Shown here in pieces: positions 1-16,038 of a stretch of 64,000 bases of DNA. The notes below the pieces were generated by a model. That model ran no database searches and was not told the origin of the DNA. It worked only from the letters and a program-made list of their open reading frames with translations. Positions within the stretch are counted from its first letter, which is position 1. Each line of letters starts with the position of its first letter. The position numbers and the translations under genes are program-made. This stretch comes from Eledone cirrhosa (taxonomy: Eukaryota), in assembly GCA_964016885.1 (NCBI GenBank), contig OZ024746.1, positions 23,436,001-23,500,000 on the forward strand. The letters are read 5' to 3'.

Positions 1-194
1 CATATATATATACATATACATACATTATACATACATATATATATACATATACATACATATATATATACATATACATACATATATATACATATATATATAC
101 ATATACATACATATATATACATATATATATACATATACATATATATACATATATATATACATATATATATATATATACATATATATATACATAC

Positions 195-225
<31 letters not shown>

Positions 226-226
226 C

Positions 227-285
<59 letters not shown>

Positions 286-306
286 CATATATATATACAT
301 ATATAC

Positions 307-365
<59 letters not shown>

Positions 366-522
366 CATATATATATACATATACATATATATATATATAT
401 ATATACATATACATACATATATATACATATACATACATATATATATACATATACATATATATATATATACATATACATATACATATATATATACATATAC
501 ATATATATATATATATATATAC

Positions 523-553
<31 letters not shown>

Positions 554-554
554 C

Positions 555-587
<33 letters not shown>

Positions 588-1109
588 CATATATATATAC
601 ATATACATATATACATATATATATACATATATATATATATACATATATATATACATATATATATATATACATATATATATACATATATATATATATACAT
701 ATATATATATACACATACATATATATATACACATACATATATATATACATATATATATACATATATATATATATACATATATATATATACACATACATAT
801 ATATATACATATATATACATATATATACATATATATATATATACATATATATATATACATATACATATATATATACATATATATATATACATATATATAC
901 ATATATATATATACATATATATATATACATATATATACATATATATATATACATATATATATACATACATATATATATATATACATATATATATACATAC
1001 ATATATATATATATACATATATATATACATATATATATATACATACATATATATATATATACATATATATATATACATATATATATATACATATATATAT
1101 ATACATATA

Positions 1110-1173
<64 letters not shown>

Positions 1174-1197
1174 CATATATATACATACATACATATA

Positions 1198-1238
<41 letters not shown>

Positions 1239-1247
1239 ACATACATA

Positions 1248-1344
<97 letters not shown>

Positions 1345-1353
1345 ACATACATA

Positions 1354-1394
<41 letters not shown>

Positions 1395-1445
1395 ACATAC
1401 ATATATATATATATACATACATATATATATATATACATACATACA

Positions 1446-1486
<41 letters not shown>

Positions 1487-1526
1487 ACATACATATATAT
1501 ATATATACATACATATATATATACAT

Positions 1527-1968
1527 GGTGGCTGCCAACTCGTTTTCGAGTACGGCCACTACTTTATATCCATGTAGGAGAACCCCTACCAATGCGCTGA
1601 ACAAGTGGGACTTTTTAGTCCAGCCAGCGACTTGAAAACTCTGGTACAAACACTATAGTGAGCAAAGGCACTGCACAAAGCCAGTCCCACTCTCTTAACC
1701 AAGATGATATTTACCAAAAAGAAGAACAAGTCAACATCATTGGATACCATCAGGGTTGCAGGTGTTATATCAGAGTTTTCCTTCTAGAATTCTGCCTTGA
1801 CAAAGGCTAAGGGGTCATCTCTCCCGGTGATTTTGGATGGCCTTTGACTTTTAAGAGCTCCTTTGCCCTTTGACAGGTTTTGTTTTTAGTCCTGCAGGAT
1901 ATTCAAAGTCACCCTCCTCACGAAGAAACCTTGGTGGGGTTGCCAGTTTAGTCGCCAACGACCCGACC
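1527..1968 (-). mobile_element. Non-coding insert in the TA tract, probably the 5' UTR region of an RTE-type LINE or a derived SINE
   Basis: Complex 442-bp sequence flanked by TA repeats; minus strand has 'ctagaaggaaaactctgatataacacc', resembling RTE 5'UTR motifs recalled from memory; no ORF. Confidence 0.4.
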
Positions 1969-3050
1969 ATATATACATACATATATATATATACATACAT
2001 ATATATATACATACATATATATATACATACATATACATATATATACATATATATACATATACATACATATATATATATACATACATATATATATACATAC
2101 ATATATATATACATACATATACATATATATACATATACATATATATACATATATATACATATACATACATATACATATATATACATATATATACATATAC
2201 ATATAGATACATATATATACATATACATATACATATATATACATATATACACATATACATATATATACATATATATACATATACATACATATACATATAT
2301 ATACATATACATATATATACATATACATACATATACATATATATACATATACATATATATACATATACATATATATACATATATATACATATACATACAT
2401 ATACATATACATATATATACATATATATACATATACATACATATACATATATATACATATACATATATATACATATACATACATATACATATATATACAT
2501 ATACATATATATACATATACATATATATACATATACATACATATACATATATATACATATACATATATATACATATATATACATATATATACATATATAT
2601 ACATACATATACATATATATACATACATATACATATATATATATACATATACATATATATACATACATATACATATATATACATACATATACATATATAT
2701 ACATATATATACATACATATACATATATATACATATATATATATACATATACATATATATACATACATATACATATATATATATACATATACATATATAT
2801 ATATACACATACATATACATATATATACATACATATACATATATATACATACATATACATATATATACATACATATACATATATATACATATATATATAT
2901 ACATATATATATATACATATATATATATACATATATATACATACATATACATATACATACATATATATATATACATATACATATATACATATACATATAT
3001 ATATATACATATACATATATATATACATATACATATATATATACATATAC

Positions 3051-3103
<53 letters not shown>

Positions 3104-3205
3104 CATATACATATATATATATACATATATATTATATATATACATATACATATATATACATATATATATATACATATACATATATATACATATATATATA
3201 TATAC

Positions 3206-3255
<50 letters not shown>

Positions 3256-3261
3256 ATATAC

Positions 3262-3308
<47 letters not shown>

Positions 3309-3343
3309 CATATACATACATATATATATATACATATATATAC

Positions 3344-3375
<32 letters not shown>

Positions 3376-3504
3376 ATTATATACATATATATATACATAT
3401 ACATATACATATATATATACATATACATATATATATACATATACATATACATATATATATACATATACATATACATATATATATACATATACATATACAT
3501 ATAT

Positions 3505-3545
<41 letters not shown>

Positions 3546-3639
3546 TATATACATATACATATATATATACATATACATATATATATACATATACATATAT
3601 ATATACATATACATATACATATATATATACATATACATA

Positions 3640-3675
<36 letters not shown>

Positions 3676-3699
3676 CATATATATATACATATACATATA

Positions 3700-3735
<36 letters not shown>

Positions 3736-4244
3736 CATATATATATACATATACATATATATATATATATATATACATATACATACATATATATACATAT
3801 ACATACATATATATATACATATACATATATATATATATACATATACATACATATATATATACATATACATACATATATATATATATACATATACATACAT
3901 ATATATATACATATACATACATATATATATATATACATATACATACATATATATATATATACATATACATACATATATATATATATACATATACATACAT
4001 ATATATATACATATACATACATATATATATACATATACATACATATATATATATACATATACATATATATATATATACATATATATACATATATATATAT
4101 ATACATATACATACATATATATATATATACATATACATACATATATATATATATACATATATATACATATATATATATACACATATATATACATATATAT
4201 ATATACATATATATACATATATATATATATAGATATATATATAC

Positions 4245-4277
<33 letters not shown>

Positions 4278-4298
4278 CATATATATACATATATATAC

Positions 4299-4329
<31 letters not shown>

Positions 4330-4366
4330 CATATATATACATATATATATACATATATATATATAC

Positions 4367-4467
<101 letters not shown>

Positions 4468-4484
4468 CATATACATACATATAC

Positions 4485-4517
<33 letters not shown>

Positions 4518-4598
4518 CATATATATATATATACATATATATACATATATATACATATACATATATATACATATATACATATATATACATATATATAC

Positions 4599-4637
<39 letters not shown>

Positions 4638-4756
4638 CATATATATACATATATATATATATACATATACATATATATATACATATACATATATATATAT
4701 ATATATATACATATATATACATATATATATATATACATATACATATATATATATAC

Positions 4757-4803
<47 letters not shown>

Positions 4804-4862
4804 CATATATATACATATATATATATATACATATACATACATATATATATATATACATATAC

Positions 4863-4897
<35 letters not shown>

Positions 4898-4921
4898 ATA
4901 TACATATATATATACATATAC

Positions 4922-4952
<31 letters not shown>

Positions 4953-4965
4953 CATATATATATAC

Positions 4966-5017
<52 letters not shown>

Positions 5018-5060
5018 ATATATACATAATATATATATATATATACATATACATATACAT

Positions 5061-5091
<31 letters not shown>

Positions 5092-5114
5092 CATATATAT
5101 ACATATACATACAT

Positions 5115-5148
<34 letters not shown>

Positions 5149-5208
5149 ATATACATATACATACATATATATATACATATATATACATATATATATACAT
5201 ATATATAC

Positions 5209-5242
<34 letters not shown>

Positions 5243-5784
5243 ATATACATATATATACATATATATATACATATATATATACATATACAAATATACATAT
5301 ATATATATATACATATACATATATATATACATATATATATATATACATATACAAATATATACATATATATATATATACATATACATATACATAATATATA
5401 TATACATATACATATATATATACATACATATATATAATATACATATACATACATATATATATATACATATACATACATATATATATACATATACATACAT
5501 ATATATATATATACATATACATACATATATATATACATATACATACATATATATATATATACATATACATACATATATATATATATACATATACATACAT
5601 ATATATATATATATACATATACATACATATATATATACATATACATACATATATATATACATATACATACATATATATATATATATACATATACATACAT
5701 ATATATATATACATATATATACATATATATATATACACATATATATACATATATATATATATACATATATATACATATATATAC

Positions 5785-5815
<31 letters not shown>

Positions 5816-5873
5816 CATATATACATATATATACATATATATACATATATACATATATATACATATATATACA

Positions 5874-5973
<100 letters not shown>

Positions 5974-6088
5974 TATACATATATATACATATATATATAT
6001 ACATATATACATATATATACATATATATACATATATACATATATATACATATATATACATATATATATATATATATACATATATATAC

Positions 6089-6139
<51 letters not shown>

Positions 6140-6344
6140 TATACATATATATACATACATATATATACATATATATATATATACATATATATATACATAT
6201 ATATACATATATATATATATATTATACATATATATATACATATATATACATATATATACATATATATATACATATATATACATATATATATATATACATA
6301 TATATACATATATACATATATATACATATATATATACATATATA

Positions 6345-6389
<45 letters not shown>

Positions 6390-6544
6390 CATATATATAC
6401 ATATATATATATACATATATATATGTATACATATATATACATATATATATATACATATATATGTATATACATATATATATGTATATACATATATATATAT
6501 ACATATATACATATATATATACATATATATATATACATATATAC

Positions 6545-6589
<45 letters not shown>

Positions 6590-6611
6590 CATATACATTA
6601 TATATATATAC

Positions 6612-6712
<101 letters not shown>

Positions 6713-6821
6713 CATATATATATACATATATACATATACATATATACATATACATATATACATATACATATATACATATACATATATACATATACATATA
6801 TACATATACATATATACATAT

Positions 6822-6862
<41 letters not shown>

Positions 6863-6933
6863 CATATATATAATATATACATATATATATATATATACAT
6901 ACATATATACATACATAATATATATATACATAC

Positions 6934-7002
<69 letters not shown>

Positions 7003-7057
7003 CATACATATATATATATACATACATATATATATATACATACATATATATATATAC

Positions 7058-7142
<85 letters not shown>

Positions 7143-7143
7143 C

Positions 7144-7312
<169 letters not shown>

Positions 7313-7335
7313 CATATATATATACATATATATAT

Positions 7336-7367
<32 letters not shown>

Positions 7368-7372
<5 letters not shown>

Positions 7373-7562
7373 AACCAGTAAGACCCCGACAGCTGAGCTC
7401 AAGCCGTTTCGACGGCTAATTCTGGACTCAGAATTAGCCGTCGAAACGGCTTGAGCTCAGCTGTCGGGGTCTTACTGGTTCCTATTACCCACTCTACTAC
7501 CTCAAGTATTGAGTACTTTGGTGCGTTATGGTCCACCTGGTTCCTTACCACATTTCCTTCGT
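7368..7562 (+). mobile_element. Foldback Penelope-like derivative: 57-bp perfect inverted repeat (7368-7424/7429-7485) plus unpaired tail (7486-7562) inside (TA)n
   Basis: ataggaaccagtaagacc...aattctg GACT cagaatt...ggtcttactggttcctat; contains 'gccgtcGAAAcggctt' resembling a hammerhead 3' half. Confidence 0.65.
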
Positions 7563-7596
7563 TATATATATATATATATATATACATATATATATG

Positions 7597-7647
<51 letters not shown>

Positions 7648-7766
7648 ATATGTATATACATATATATATGTATATACATATATATTTATATATATATATA
7701 TATGTATATACATATATATATGTATATACACATATGTATATACATTATATACATATATATATATAC

Positions 7767-7797
<31 letters not shown>

Positions 7798-7802
7798 CAT
7801 AC

Positions 7803-7833
<31 letters not shown>

Positions 7834-7966
7834 CATATATATATACATATATATATATATATAAATATATACATACATATATATATATATATAAATATAT
7901 ACATACATATATATATATATATATAAATATATACATACATATATATATATATAAATATATACATAC

Positions 7967-7997
<31 letters not shown>

Positions 7998-8043
7998 CAT
8001 ATATATATACATACATATACATACATATATATATATACATACA

Positions 8044-8083
<40 letters not shown>

Positions 8084-8164
8084 CATATATATATATATAC
8101 ATACATATACATACATATACATACATATATATATATATACATACATATACATACATATACATAC

Positions 8165-8198
<34 letters not shown>

Positions 8199-8498
8199 AC
8201 ATATATATACATATATATACATACATATACATACATACATATACATATATATACATACATATACATATATATATATACATATACATATATATATATACAT
8301 ATACATATATATACATACATATACATATATATACATACATATACATATATATACATACATATACATATATATACATACATATACATATATATATATACAT
8401 ATACATATATATATATACATATACATATATATATATACATATACATATATATACATACATATACATATATATACATACATATACATATATATACATAC

Positions 8499-8544
<46 letters not shown>

Positions 8545-8560
8545 CATACACATATACATC

Positions 8561-8837
8561 TAGGGAGTGTAACTTGGAGTTACTGCAGGTTCACCCGGGT
8601 GAGCACTCGATGTTTAGGTTCACTTCTGTCTGGAGGTGTAGAGCTATACAGAGTGTAATATATTGAAAGGATAACAAGGACAATTGCATTTTAAAGGGTC
8701 CGTCGAGCTGGCGATTATAGAGTCAGGTAAGATCTGTACAGTTCGAACCGTGAGCTGAACAGTGGTGAAACGCGCGTCACCTACCAATAAATGTAATGAA
8801 GGAGTAACCAATCGTCCTTGTTATCCTTTCAATATAT
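8561..8837 (+). mobile_element. Penelope-like foldback element, family A: tail 8561-8657, inverted repeats 8658-8686/8809-8837
   Basis: IR atatattgaaaggataacaaggac / gtccttgttatcctttcaatatat; tail homologous to 24736-24833; internal hammerhead motif. Confidence 0.7.
8696..8782 (+). ncRNA. Decayed type-I hammerhead ribozyme with extended stem II
   Basis: gggt-CCGTCGA-gct...ggt-GAAA-cgcgcg-TC^acct; palindromic stem III ACGCGCGT, GUC triplet, stem I gggt/acct; core A6 mutated. Confidence 0.6.
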
Positions 8838-8856
8838 ATATATATATATATATATA

Positions 8857-9202
8857 TACGATATTAAACAAATGGAAACTATATTTATAAAACCATATTT
8901 ATTTCATTATATATATTTCAGGGATATCATATTAAAAATATGGTATGCCTTCCTCAGACAAAATACAATATATAAACCGTTTTATAAATAAATTTGACAT
9001 ACCTTAAAAACAGTGCAACTTTGTCTGAGGAAGGCATACCATATTTTTAATATGATATCCCTGAAATATATATAATGAAATAAATATGGTTTTATAAATA
9101 TAGTTTCCATTTGTTTAATATCGTAAAATCTGTTGAGTGCTTTTATATCAGTTATAAAATATTTACTCGTTGTAACCCAACAATTTTAAATAAAACTTTT
9201 GC
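8857..9202 (+). mobile_element. Penelope-like foldback element, family B: ~106-bp inverted repeat (8857-8962/9020-9125) plus tail 9126-9202, flanked by (TA)n
   Basis: Arms read as exact reverse complements by eye; each arm carries a hammerhead motif. Confidence 0.75.
9020..9079 (+). ncRNA. Type-I hammerhead ribozyme motif (mirror copy on the minus strand in arm 8857-8962)
   Basis: tttgt-CTGAGGA-aggcataccatatt ttt aatatgatatcccct-GAAA-tatata-TA^atgaa; palindromic stem III, stem I with wobble pairs. Confidence 0.6.
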
Positions 9203-9292
<90 letters not shown>

Positions 9293-9683
9293 ATGCACCC
9301 AATACTTACTTATTTTAAAGTTGTTGCTGTTCAAATGTAAAGCATACATATATCATCAACATCATTGTTGTATGTGTTTATTAAGAAACGTGCTAGCAAC
9401 TGACATGTATGATAAAGTTATATCTGTATATATACACAGAGTGGGTGACTGAGACTGCACCAAAGTGAATAGATTATATACACATCTTTAATTTGTAGGC
9501 ATGATACAGACGCCTTCGATCACAGCCTATCAAAACACGACCAACTGAACTTCTTATACCAATGCTGAATTTAACTGTTTTCCAATAGATGGAGACATAG
9601 ATAGACCTCAAAGAAATTTTTTCCGTTTCTGTCACTGCTCACTCTTCTCTATCTTTCTATTTATTCTTTAATTTTTCATTCTA

Positions 9684-9720
9684 TTTTCTGATGAAGGGCT
9701 AGCGTCTGAAACGTTAAGAC
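9684..9720 (+). ncRNA. Minimal type-I hammerhead ribozyme motif
   Basis: ttt-CTGATGA-a-gggc tagc gtct-GAAA-cgt-TA^aga; ACGT palindrome in stem III. Confidence 0.6.
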
Positions 9721-10087
9721 TCTTTTCCCTATTGTAGCAAGCGAAAAACTTATATATTTCTTCATTGTATTGTCGTTTGTTTTGTTATTTCTGTTTACCT
9801 TTTGCATATATATATATATATATATATATATGCTCAGAATAATATACTTGTATGTATTGGAGCTTATTTGTTTGTTTTGTTCTGTTGAGTAGGTGGGTGG
9901 GAGATCTGATGCTGCAAATATGTGTAGTTTACCTTATTATACACACTCACAAGCACTCTCATATACACACACACACATACATACATACATATACACGCAC
10001 GCACGGACACAAGCATGGAGGCTAAAATAAGACCAGGGAAACAGAATGGAGAGAGGGAGAGAGTGTATGTGTGTGTGTGTGGAGGGG

Positions 10088-10191
<104 letters not shown>

Positions 10192-10660
10192 TATTCGTCC
10201 ACAAAGTGCAATTGGTACATAAAAACTGGAATGGTTGCAGAACGACGAAACGAAGAAACAACGACAAAAATGGAGAAAGTAAAGAATATCACGTAAATAA
10301 AAAATAAGTGATAAATAATATAAACAATAAAATAAAATAGGCAATAAACAAAACAAATGTAGTTTGTATTGTAGTTCTATCTATCCAATTATTCTATCTG
10401 GTTGCCTGTCTGCCTGTCCGGAACTCTCAATGATGTCTTTCTTTTTATATTTATTTGTTGGTGGTGTTTATATTTTATTTTGTTGCTTATTTTTTACTTG
10501 TGTGTTTTGTTTTGTGTTTTGTGGTTCTTTTATCATTATTATTATTTTATTTATTTTTGGCAGAAATGCATCCAGATGCTAATAAAGTCTATTTTTAGTA
10601 CGTCATTATACAGTATGGCAAAGCAGGTAGGTTATGACGCATAATATATACATACATACA

Positions 10661-10731
<71 letters not shown>

Positions 10732-11149
10732 CAGCATATACACACACATATATATATATATATACACCATATATATATATATATTTATATATGTATATAT
10801 ATGGAGCATACACATGGTTGTGGAGGAGCATAAACAGCCAAATTTTGTATTATGGTGAATGGAGCAGTAAGAGAGAGAGAGAGGGGGGGGGGGTTGTTGT
10901 TGACTGGAAGCTAGAGTGGTAGGTAGGTAGGTATGTATGTCGGTAGGTAGGTAGATAGCTGGATAGAGAGGTAGCTAGATAAGTGGGTAGGTAGATAGAG
11001 GGCTATGTTTGTGTGTATGTAGGGAGAGAGAGATGATTATAGGTAGATATATATATATATAAAACGATGGAAGAAGAGGGTAGGGTAGAGAGAGAGACTT
11101 AATAAGGTGGCAGATAGACGAGTTGGCATTCAGACAGGCAAGTTGATAG

Positions 11150-11470
11150 AGAAACTCAGACTGTCAAAGACGACAGATAGACAGGCAGACAGATAGACAG
11201 GCAGAGAGACAGACAGGCAGAGAGACAGACAGCGAAACAGATAGACAAATAGACAGACAGCCATATAGATAGGCAGATAGACAAATAGACAGAAAGGGAG
11301 GCAGACAGACGAACACACACACACACACACAGATAGACAGACAGACAGATAGGTAGATAGACGGAAAGAAAGACAAACAAACAGGTACAATAGATAGATA
11401 GATAGACAGGTAGAGCAGACAGACAAGCAGTCTAGCAGACAAAAGCAAAGAGACAGACAGACGGGCATGA
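11150..11470. repeat. Degenerate (AGAC/AGAT)n tetranucleotide repeat; a similar tract lies at ~12290-12840
   Basis: Repeated gacagacagatagac. Confidence 0.85.
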
Positions 11471-11519
11471 AAACAGATGAGTACTCAGATAGATTTGATA
11501 AGGATTGTTCCATTGACAG

Positions 11520-11900
11520 CAAACCTCAGATATATATAGGGGGGGGGGGGGGTAGCATGGTGTAAGAATTATCTCATTAACACACACCAAAGCTCAGATT
11601 TAGAGGGGATCTAGGTAGGGTGGTGTAAGGAATCTTCCATTGCCCTCAGATTTAGAGGAGAGATGGGTAAGGTGGCGTAATGAATCTTCCATTGACCCCA
11701 AACCCCAGATTTAGAGGAGAGGTAGGTAGCATGGCGTAAGGTTTCTTCGATTGACACCTCAATTTTAGAGGGAGGTAGGTAGGATGGTGTCAGGAATATT
11801 CCATTGACCTCAGATTCAGAGGGAAGGTAGGTAGAATGGTGTAAATATTCTACCTTTGATACCAAACTTTCTATTTAGATGGGATGTAGGTAAGATATTT
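11520..11900. repeat. Degenerate ~51-60 bp minisatellite
   Basis: Recurring cagatttagagg...ggtagg...ggtgtaaggaatcttccattgac, about 6-7 copies. Confidence 0.8.
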
Positions 11901-11924
11901 TAAAATTTCTTCCTCTCACACCAA

Positions 11925-12290
11925 TCAGTTGTGAGATAGTTCCCTTGCCAGACAGACAAATGTGCAATAGTTGTGGAAACAGTTGTAAGATAATTAGCTG
12001 AACAGACAAACAGATGTAAGATAGCTGGACAGACAAACAGTTGTAAGATAGTTAGCTGGAAAGACAAACAGTTGTGAGATAGTTAGCTGGAAGGACAAAC
12101 AGTTGTGAGAAAGTTAGCTGGAAGGACAAACAGTTGTGAGATAGCTTGCTGGAAATACAAACAGTTGTGAGATAGTTAGCTGGAAAGACAAACAGTTGCG
12201 AGATAGTTCACCTGCCAGACAGATAGATGTGTGATAGTCTGACTGGCAGATGTGAAATATTCAGCTGGACTGATAGATGTGAGAGAGCTG
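11925..12290. repeat. 31-bp minisatellite
   Basis: Unit acaaacagttgtgagatagttagctggaaag, about 10 copies with decaying edges. Confidence 0.88.
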
Positions 12291-12894
12291 AACAGACAGA
12301 CAAATAGATAGACACAGAAATAGACTGATAGACAAATAGACAGATTGATAAATAGACAAACCGACAAACAAACACACACACAAGTAAATAGGCACACGGA
12401 TAGACAGAAACAGAGAGGCCAAGAAATAGACAAATAAAAAGACAGCGATACAAATAGACAGAGAGAGGTAAATAGACATGTAGGTAAATAGAAAAACTGC
12501 AAAACAATCTCATAGACTGGTAAACAAATTGATAGACAGACAACTCAATAGATTGATAAATTGTTTAACAGCTACACAAATAAGCAATAATATAGTTCAG
12601 AGATAGACATACAGACAAATAGACAGGCGGACGGACAGAGAGTCAGACAGACAAATAGACAGACGAACAGACAGACGGTAAAATAAATAGGTAAACAATC
12701 AAACAAATAGACAGAAAGAGACAGTAAAAAAAACTATATAGACAGACAATTAGCTAGACATACACATAGATATACAGACAAATAGAGTAAGAGAAAAAGG
12801 CAGATTTAAATAGAGAGGCTGATAGAGAGACATATAGATAAGAAAATTTCTATATGTATGTATGAATATATGTTTGTGTGTGCGTACATATTGT

Positions 12895-13110
12895 CATCAT
12901 TTTACATCTGTTATTCCATATGCTTGCATGGATTGGACAGCTCCTTCTCAATACAGCATCTCTCCACTTGTCACGTGTTTATCATCTCCTCTGTGAGCTT
13001 TAGTGATCTGAGATCAGCTCTTATCACTTCTATCCAAGTCTTCCTTGGTCTGCCTCTACTGTGGCTTCCTTCCACTGGGATTATTTGCCACTTCTTCACT
13101 CAGCACTCAT
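12895..13110 (-). mobile_element. RTE-clade LINE 3' end fragment
   Basis: Reverse complement resembles 63340-63545 (GRPRKTW-like region followed by the gatgat tail). Confidence 0.75.
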
Positions 13111-13111
13111 C

Positions 13112-13300
13112 ATGCATAAAAATGTGCAGAGCACTAGAAGTCAATGGAAACCGCGGAGTGGGGAGACCCAAGAAGACCTGGGATGAGGTGATAAAAGCCA
13201 ACCTTACCCAATTACACCTCTCAAAGGCGATGACACACGACCATGACCTCTGGCGTCACGCAGTAATACAGAGTACCCGACCTCCCATGGGTACAAGCTG
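13112..13300 (+). mobile_element. RTE-clade LINE 3' end fragment
   Basis: CIKMCRALEVNGNRGVGRPKKTWDEVIKANL..DHDLWRHAV, the typical RTE C-terminus. Confidence 0.8.
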
Positions 13301-13315
13301 AAGCATATAGACAAT

Positions 13316-13600
13316 ATGCCCCCACACCTCCCACTGCAAGGTGGTCGTGGAGGTGCCACGGCAAAAAAGCACCCAGCCCACACTGTAAAGTGGACGTGTA
13401 GGCGCCACGGAAAAAGCACCCAGCACTCACTGTAAATGAGGTTGGTGTTAGGAAGGGCATCCAGCTGTATAAATCAAGCCAAAATCAGTTCCTTATGAGC
13501 AAGGCATGGTCAGCCGACCAGACACTGCCCACAACAGGACAACCCGTCTAACCCATGCTAGCGTGGAAGAACGGACGTAAAACGGTGATGATGATGATGA
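13316..13600 (+). mobile_element. SINE with RTE-derived tail; related copies near 24480-24727, 28740-29190(-), 43580-43850(-), 44825-45145, 55870-56100(-), 59600-59715
   Basis: gttggtgttaggaagggcatccagc...acccatgctagcgtggaagaacggacgtaaaacggtgatgatgat. Confidence 0.75.
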
Positions 13601-14498
13601 TATATATCTGGAGGAAGGGTTAGTGTCCATGACCTTTACATGGCCTCTGAGATCAATGAGATTTATGTTATTGATGTTTAGTTTTAAACTGTTGCAGATC
13701 CTCAGCATAAAATACATGTGCAGGGACAGAATTCCTGGAAGACAACATTTCTAGGTAGGAAAGACTATCACTTTACAGAGTGGACTAGAGTGTTCTGGAT
13801 ATATTTTTTGTGGCAGCAACACTACCACTTTACAGAGTGGGCTGGGTGCATTTTATCAAGGCACCAGCACTATCACTTTACAGGGTGGGCTGGGTGCATT
13901 TTATCATGGAACCAGTAATAATATTTTACGGAGTGGGCTTGAAGCAGTTTATTATGACAATCATTGCTCAATTTTTACTGTTATACAAATATAAACATGG
14001 TAATCCTGATATTGTTTTTGCTGAGTCATTCATAACAATGTTAACATTATCAACAACACAGTAATACACTGAGTAATTGCTGGCCTTGTGCCAAAAGTAG
14101 AAACAATTATATTATAGTAACATTTGAATGAGACTGATTATACATTTCAACTTTATATATTCTATAGAATTTATACAACAAACATCTTCACTATAATATT
14201 AATAATTATTTCTACTTTTGGCACAAGGCCAGCAATTATCCCAGTGCATTACTGGTACTTTATTTTATCGACCCCGTAAGGATGAAAGGCAAAGTTAACC
14301 CTAGCGGGATTAATAATGAAATCCACTGCTTATGTGTTTCAAATAATTTAAAAAATAATCAAGAATTTGAAGGATTTAGTAATATAACTAGAGTTCTCAT
14401 TATTAAGCTGGTGTTTGAAACACAACTTGAGAAAAGTTCTTACATAAAATTAAGATGGAAGGATTTAAAATAAATATAAACACCCCATCAGTTTTCCA

Positions 14499-14985
14499 AT
14501 GAAGCTCACACTATACAAGTCCTTGGTGACCTCAAACCTTTTGTATGGGTGTGAGAGTTGGCCTCCCACAGCTGACATGAAACAAAGAATCCAGTTATTC
14601 AAGCACAGTGCTTCAGAAGATTGCTACACATCCCATACACGGAGCACAAAACAAACAGCTTCGGCATGTAGTAAGTTAACAAATATGCTGGCTGACAGGA
14701 ACCACTCCTTGAAAAGATGGCAGCTTGCCTGCTATGGTCATGTATTCCACCACACCCCCTTGTCTAAAACCATCCTTCAGGGCACAGTTGAGGGAGGGCA
14801 AAGAAGTGGTTGACAAAGGAAATCCTGGTCTGACAACATCAAAGGCTGGACAGGTCACAACACTGAGACCATTCTATGTATAAGAGAAGGTAGAGATTAA
14901 TGGTGATGACTGACTGCAAAAGCGTCTAGAGTGGCACCCCAATGACTGGCTGCTCAAGTTATGGGATCATGATCATAATGATGAT
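14499..14985 (+). mobile_element. RTE-clade LINE 3' fragment; a more decayed copy lies at 16190-16430
   Basis: LYKSLVTSNLLYGCESW...YGHV...LSKTILQGTVEGGQRSG*QRKSWSDNIK. Confidence 0.82.
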
Positions 14986-15882
14986 AAACACTTCAAAACA
15001 AGTAGTTTTATATTGTAGAATCTGGAGTGAATTCGGACAGTTTGGTATCGAAAGTGTTATGCTGGTATTTGAAACATAGCTTAATAAAGTTTTCTTACAT
15101 AAAATTATGATAGAAGGTTTAGATTTAAAATACAAACACTTTAAAATAGATATCTGCGTATCATATGACTTGGTGTGGTTTCAAGTGGTTTGGTATCAAA
15201 AGAGTTAAGCTCATATTTGAAACATAGCTTAACAAATTTTTCTTACATAAAATTATTATGGAAGGTTTAGATTTAAATAAAAACATTCTAAAACAAACAG
15301 CTTTGTATCCTAAAATTAGGGGTGGTTTCAAATAGTTTGGTATTAGAAGGGTTAATGCATGAATTGTTGGCATGAAAATACAAAACGAATGTTTTATTGC
15401 TTTGTTAATATTACATTAAAAGCGTCCAATATCAATATTGTATTTAATACTGTAGATTATTAAAACCACCCAGTTACAGAATATATAGAGAGATATTAAA
15501 TCCACAATAGAAATAGTGCCAGAAATGAGGTGGTTTGTTGTAAAAAGAGTTTAAGTAGAAATGTTAACTTGGGAAAATGCCATAATATTAGATAGAAGCT
15601 GATGAAATTCCCTCTAACAGATACACCCACAACTGCTAATATTTCACACAAATATTAATCATAGTGCTGTATCAACATGAGCAGATATTCAGTTGAGGAA
15701 ATACTGTGAGGAATATCTTAGTTTAGAATCAGTAGAAGAACACCTTGACAAAATGTTATCCAGCACTCTAGTACTAGTAGTAAAAGAACTAGTACTGGAG
15801 TACTATGCACTATTTCAAGACCAATGAGGGAAAATAATAATCTCAATGGGAGAAAATTGCAAGGAAAAAGCAAATGGAAAGA

Positions 15883-15964
<82 letters not shown>

Positions 15965-16038
15965 TCACTGCTTAACGTCCATTTTTTCAAACATTTCGAT
16001 TAATCACTCTATGATGCCACTCTGTATACAGAATATTA

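Noticed and set aside
10420-10580. GAAA-tgca-TC hammerhead-like 3' half
   Set aside because: The upstream core is not recognisable and the interval is low-complexity
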